A model generated the notes under the pieces. It did no database searches. It was not told the origin of the DNA and worked only from the letters and a program-made list of their open reading frames with translations. From the NCBI GenBank assembly GCA_031372065.1, contig JANMKN010000136.1, forward strand, positions 1-22,203: DNA of 22,203 nucleotides, given 5' to 3'. The DNA is from Abditibacteriaceae bacterium (GTDB lineage: Bacteria; Armatimonadota; Abditibacteriia; Abditibacteriales; Abditibacteriaceae). The first letter of the stretch is position 1; each line of letters starts with the position of its first letter. A program made the position numbers and the translations under genes. Shown here in pieces: positions 18,162-22,203 of the stretch.

Positions 18162-18563
18162 GTGAGTGTTGTTATGCAAAATCACAACGAACCATCGAAT
18201 GAGAAAATAGCTGATGGGGAAGAATTTCCTACCGAACCAACTCCAATTATCGTTTCGCCCGAAGAATACGAACAGCTTTGCCGTGTCATGGATGAACCCG
18301 CCGCAAACGAGTTCCTCAAACGGCACGCCTTCGATAAGCAAAACGCCATACTGTCGCGCACTTATGTAGCGACAGAGATAACGACAAGCGGCGTGGGTGT
18401 GGTCGGCTATTACACACTCACACACGCTTCGGTTTTGCAATCGGAAGCGCCTATTAAGTGTGTCTCGTGCGGGTTTTTGGGACTCGCTGACCACATCGCT
18501 GCTATCGAAATCGGTAGCAGGGCATCCGTCATAATGCCAATCGTCTCAAGCCTTGCGGCTTAG
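18162..18563 (+). pseudogene. Chimeric ORF: DUF1778-like piece + GNAT toxin piece + TnpB C-terminus
   Basis: IIVSPEEYEQLCRVMDEP / NEFLKRHA..SRTYV..VVGYYTL / KCVSCGFLGLADHIAAIEI..ASVIMPIV. Confidence 0.7.
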
Positions 18564-18599
18564 GGACAAGCTCCCGCATTTATGCGTGGGGTCTATGAC
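18455..18599 (+). mobile_element. tnpB 3' tip and IS200/IS605 right end
   Basis: CAAG (18567-18570), hairpin CGCAT-TT-ATGCG in a CCC..GGG stem, and terminal TGAC (18596-18599). Confidence 0.75.
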
Positions 18600-18611
18600 G
18601 CCTTGGTAATT

Positions 18612-18759
18612 TATAGCGGTTCCGGTTAGCGTAGTCCATTGTAGGGGCGAACCTTGTGTCGCCCTCATGACAGGCAATCAACCTCTTACGAGGGCGAACA
18701 CAAGGTTCGCCCCTACGACACGAATTAGCGGGTGGAACATCTCAATCGGAACCGCTATA
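18612..18759. mobile_element. 148-bp MITE containing an inverted GTAG-type REP doublet
   Basis: Terminal inverted repeats TATAGCGGTTCCG (18612-18624 / 18747-18759). Internal GTAGGGGCGAACCTTGTG(T)TCGCCCTC occurs at 18641-18666 and inverted at 18690-18716. Confidence 0.8.
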
Positions 18760-18769
18760 GCCTTTTGAA

Positions 18770-19042
18770 TCAACGGTAAACGTCACGCCGGTTGCCCACT
18801 TTGACAACCACCACGACTAAAACATCGTCTTGAATTTCGTAAATGATGCGATAGTCTCCAACGCGCACTCTGTATAGATTTTCGTAGCCTTGCAGTTTGG
18901 TCACACCAGACGGGCGGGGTTCCGGCTCCAAACCTTCAATAGCGGTGAGAATGCGTTCTTGCAAATTCTCATTGAGGCGCATGATGGCTTTCCATGCCGC
19001 TGCTTCGATGTTGACGGAGTAGGCCGGACGCGCAGAACTCAT
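18770..19042 (-). CDS. relE: RelE/ParE superfamily toxin (RelE/StbE type)
   Basis: PRPSGVTKLQG..YRVRVGDYRIIYEI..VVKVGNRRDVYR. Confidence 0.92.
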   Translation of the reverse strand: MSSARPAYSVNIEAAAWKAIMRLNENLQERILTAIEGLEPEPRPSGVTKLQGYENLYRVRVGDYRIIYEIQDDVLVVVVVKVGNRRDVYR

Positions 19043-19314
19043 AAGCCGTTATTTGGGGTGCCTTTATTTGGGGTGCCGTTGGTTTTGCGGCCCCGAATCG
19101 CTTGCCGTAATTCATCCAACGTGCGCCGCTCTTTCGGGTCGGAGTTAGCCAGAATTTGCATGGCTTCTTCACCATCGGCCTTATCCTGTTCAAAGTCCCG
19201 TAAGGCTTCCTCAAGCAACGTGTCAACCAACTGAGGCAAAGCCACGCCCTGAGAGGCAGCCGCAGCTTGCAACGCCTGTTCTTTTTCCGGTGATAGTTCA
19301 ATCGTTAATGTCAT
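19039..19314 (-). CDS. Putative antitoxin of RelE
   Basis: RHH-like N-terminus MTLTIELSPEKEQALQAAA, RTLDEL tail, and ATGA overlap with relE. Confidence 0.75.
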   Translation of the reverse strand: MTLTIELSPEKEQALQAAAASQGVALPQLVDTLLEEALRDFEQDKADGEEAMQILANSDPKERRTLDELRQAIRGRKTNGTPNKGTPNNGL

Positions 19315-19354
19315 AGTCGCACCTTTGCACCTTGAAAATTAGTCTAACGAATTT

Positions 19355-19434
19355 GTGACACTCTACACGCGATAAATCGCGGTAGCTTCTCGTAGCGTTT
19401 CCGTTACGAGCAACTTGCCCTGTGTCCGAGGGAC
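19355..19434 (-). mobile_element. Orphan IS200/IS605 right end / omegaRNA remnant, cut by IS630
   Basis: Minus strand: CTCGTAAC-GGAAAC-GCTACGA GAAG CTACCGCGAT-TT-ATCGCG TGTAGAGTG TCAC. Confidence 0.65.
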
Positions 19435-20632
19435 TACTGGTCTAACCCGGTAGTATCTCAGGACGCGATGCTGTTGACTGAGTGTATGCCAGCCAAGCAA
19501 CACATCATCAAACTCACTTCCGGAGAGCGTAACGAATTAGAAAAAATCTCGCAGTCCAACAGGCGCAGTGTTCGCGAAAAGACACGGGCACGCCTCTTAT
19601 TAGGAAGCGATGAAGCAGTGTCCCGCGAAGAAGGAGGTTCGCTAAACGACCTCGAACTCGCTGCCCTCTACAAAGTGAACCCACTCACAGTAGCCAACGT
19701 GCGTCGCCGTGCCCACGAACGAGGGGTTTTGGCCTGTATCGAACGCGGTGAGCAGAAAAAACGCAAAGCACGCCGTCTGGATGGGGCCGGAGAAGCGCAT
19801 TTACTCGCCGTGGTTTGTTCGTCTCCTCCCGATGGAACGGCACGATGGAGTTTGCGCCTTATTCGCGAGCGCCTCATCGAATTAGAGGTGATCGAAGAAA
19901 TCGGACTGGAAACGATTCGTCAAACACTCAAAAAAACGAACTCAAACCGTGGTTGAAGCAGATGTGGTGCCTTCCTCCTACCCAAGATGCGCGTTTCGTG
20001 GCGGCAATGGAGGATGTGCTGGAAGTTTATGCCCGATCGTTCAATCCGCTGCGTCCTCTGGTCTGTTTAGATGAAGCCGCCAAACAGCTTTTAGGCGAAA
20101 AACGCCCGCCTCTTCCTGCGACTTTGGAGCATCCGTTGCGCTATGACAACCAATATACCCGCAACGGCACTTGCGCTTTATTTATTCTATTCCAGCCGTT
20201 GGCTGCGTTGCGGCATAGAGCGGCGCACTGCTGTGGATTACGCCAAGGTGGTGCGTTATCTGTGCGACGAAGTGCATCCAAACGCCGAACGGATTATTCT
20301 GGTGCAGGATAATCTCAACACGGATGGGGCGCATTCTCTCTACGTAGCCTTTGCACCTGCTGAAGCTCGCCGTCTGGCCGAGCGTATTGAGTGGCACTTT
20401 ACCCCTAAACATGCTTCCTGGCTCAACATGGCCGAAATGGAACTCTCGGTCTTGGCCCGTCAGTGTTTACAAGAGCGCATGGAGTGCAAAGAAAATCTCG
20501 AACGCCAAATCAATGCTTGGCAGGAGCGCAGAAATCAATCTGCCTCGCGCGTCAATTGGCACTTCACTACAAAAGATGCCAGAGTTAAGCTCCACAAACT
20601 CTATCCTAAGATACTACCGGGTTAGACCAGTA
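19435..20632 (+). mobile_element. IS630-family element (coordinates include the duplicated TA)
   Basis: 29-bp inverted repeats TACTGGTCTAACCCGGTAGTATCT(C/T)AGGA, 28/29 identical. The target was CTAG. Confidence 0.93.
19486..20625 (+). pseudogene. IS630 transposase: probable programmed -1 frameshift plus an inactivating frameshift
   Basis: The A7C run at 19930-19937 joins TLKK to NELKPW. DDE motifs VCLDE, VQDNL and WLNMAE are present. A second frameshift near 20216 removes residues between RH and ERRT. Confidence 0.85.
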
Positions 20633-20661
20633 GGTTTTCGCCTTATCTTTAGGTTCTGGCA

Positions 20662-20889
20662 TCAAGCGGCTTTCTTTTCAAAAACCGCCGCGCGTAATTC
20701 GGTCAAAGTGCGCCTTTTTGAGGGGTCGCTGTTTGCCATGATCCGATCTGCTTCCGCCACATCCATAGCATCTTCCAAGGCAGCGGCAAATAGCTGTTTA
20801 GCGTAGTCATTGGCGCTCTGGCCATGTTGCGCGGCCACTTCATTTAATGCCGCTTCTTCTTCTGGTGCAATCTCAAGGGTTAAGGTCAT
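20662..20889 (-). CDS. Orphan antitoxin-like protein, paralog of 19039-19314
   Basis: Shares MTLT.E..PE.E.AL and ANSDP..RRTL.ELR with the RelE antitoxin. Confidence 0.7.
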   Translation of the reverse strand: MTLTLEIAPEEEAALNEVAAQHGQSANDYAKQLFAAALEDAMDVAEADRIMANSDPSKRRTLTELRAAVFEKKAA

Positions 20890-21128
20890 TTTACCTCCAA
20901 ACTAACGCCACTAACGCCCGCGTTCTTAGCGGTTATTTGCTCATTGTGCCGCCTGACGAAATCTTTCAATTCCGCTTGTGTATTCCGGCATCGAGGCCCG
21001 TTCGGGTCTGACCCGTCCTTGCAGGCGTCAAGTTCAATTTGAGCTAATGCAGCGCTTTTTTCATCTTTGGGAATTATGCGGTCTGCGTAATTTCTAAACC
21101 ATTGGTGAATCCATTGTGCATCGGTCAT
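20886..21128 (-). CDS. Hypothetical protein (80 aa)
   Basis: ATGA overlaps with the genes on both sides. Confidence 0.55.
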   Translation of the reverse strand: MTDAQWIHQWFRNYADRIIPKDEKSAALAQIELDACKDGSDPNGPRCRNTQAELKDFVRRHNEQITAKNAGVSGVSLEVK

Positions 21129-21337
21129 TTTGCACCGTCCAATGCAACGCCCGTTTTCTTAGCCAGTGCCGCCATTGCCTTTTTGCCCGCCAGTGTGCCG
21201 GGTAGGGCATTGTCATATTCGTAACGGCGCAATGCAGAGAGTGAGCATCCCATTTTTTCCGCCATTGCCACCTGAGTTAATCCTAATGATTCACGGATAG
21301 CACGGACTTTACTAACCGCTTCTATTGTTTTATCCAT
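21125..21337 (-). CDS. XRE/Cro-type HTH regulator (70 aa)
   Basis: VRAIRESLGLTQVAMAEKMGCSLSALRRYE...P. An extended -10 (TGaTACACT) 7 nt before ATG 21337 favours this start over 21412. Confidence 0.8.
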   Translation of the reverse strand: MDKTIEAVSKVRAIRESLGLTQVAMAEKMGCSLSALRRYEYDNALPGTLAGKKAMAALAKKTGVALDGAK

Positions 21338-21462
21338 AGTGTCAAGTGTATCACTTAGCATTATGTCAAGTTCGACACGCCGCAAATATGCTAACAAATT
21401 CAATAACGCCATTTAGGGCTTTGTTTTCGGACTTTTACCAAGCGCATAGTCGGTAGGTCTGA

Positions 21463-22203
21463 GAGTCTGTCTTCATGCTTTTCTGTAATGAAAGGGCGGA
21501 TCAACTGCCGGTTTTGGTTTGAGACGATTGAGCCAACGGTGCAAAGTGGCAATTTGCAGAGTAGCTCGGCTACATTCTGGATTGGCTTCGTAATCTCGGC
21601 TCAAGCGGCGATAGCGGCCCCAACACCCGAAAAGCTGCTCAATGAGCCAGCGTTTACGATGCACACAAAAGCCCTTTTGTCCCGGTTCTTTTGCTCCAAT
21701 GTCCAGTTTCCATCCGAACTCGGTTAGCACTTGAGCCTCAAAATCAACCCCAGCAAAGCCTTCATCGGCCCAAATGGTTTTGAGGTCTTGGCTCCAAGAA
21801 GCCGCTTTGACTTTGTGGAACAAAACCAAAGCGCCTTGGCGCTCCCCCGTATTGGCCGGCAAAACCACGCTTTCGAGCCAATTGCCGCCCGCATCACTCA
21901 AGGCAAAACGCTTGCGTCCCTTGAGCCGCTTGTTTCCGTCGAAGCCACGTGGCCCCCTTTTTCGGTGGTTTTCACGCTTTGGGAATCCACACTGGCCGCT
22001 GTGGGATTGGTCTGTCGCCCTTGCTGGGCGCGCACCGGCGCCCGTAGTGCCTCCATGACCTGATCCCACACCCCGTTTTTCTGCCAGCGCCAGAAGCAGG
22101 AGTAGACAGTCTTCCACTTCGGGTAGCTTTTGGGCAGGTAGCGCCACTGGCAACCCGTGCGCTCAATGTAGAAAATCGCATTTAATATGGCGCGGCGGCT
22201 CAC
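21463..22203 (-). mobile_element. IS5-family element (IS1031/IS427-like), 5' part outside the window
   Basis: ILNAIFYIERTGCQWRYLP, SVDSQSVK, KGRKR, WADEGF, KRWLIEQLFGC..RRLSRDYE. The frame switches at AAAAAGGGGG (about 21953-21962). The probable end is GAGTCTGTC at 21463, flanked by TGA. Confidence 0.88.

Noticed and set aside
19049..19077. Third copy of the 15-nt hairpin insert
   Set aside because: It shares only GGGTGCC and is a period-15 tandem duplication without the GCCC-AAA-GGGC hairpin.
21898..22153. IS5 frameshift as an inactivating mutation, and the N-terminus of the 226-aa ORF
   Set aside because: An A/G run at this position is typical of two-ORF IS5 members and may be programmed. 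The ORF's first ~60 residues are out-of-frame overlap with orfA.

Overview
Bacterial accessory region in three parts. (1) 1-5730 is the end of a surface-polysaccharide locus: three GT4 glycosyltransferases, a NodU/CmcH-type carbamoyltransferase, a small convergent ORF and a gene cut off by an IS3. (2) 9662-14861 is a GC-rich DUF1552 plus cytochrome-c/DUF1592 gene pair, split by an intact RHH+tnpB IS200/IS605 element that sits exactly at the DUF1552 stop codon. (3) The rest is a dense toxin-antitoxin and insertion-sequence patch. It has four apparently intact TA pairs (HTH-VapC, HTH-MazF, DUF1778-GNAT, antitoxin-RelE), orphan and chimeric TA fragments, IS3, ISNCY-like, IS481, IS630 and IS5 elements, three orphan tnpB right ends, one orphan left end and a REP-doublet MITE. 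The strongest unexplained signals are these. An identical ~15-nt hairpin insert (GCCCAAAGGGCACCC) appears in two unrelated mobile genes. About a dozen 8-17 bp tandem micro-duplications are scattered through the window. IS200/IS605 ends sit on the start and stop codons of the same gene. A candidate structured RNA lies at about 9270-9570. All calls come from reading motifs by eye; no database searches were run.
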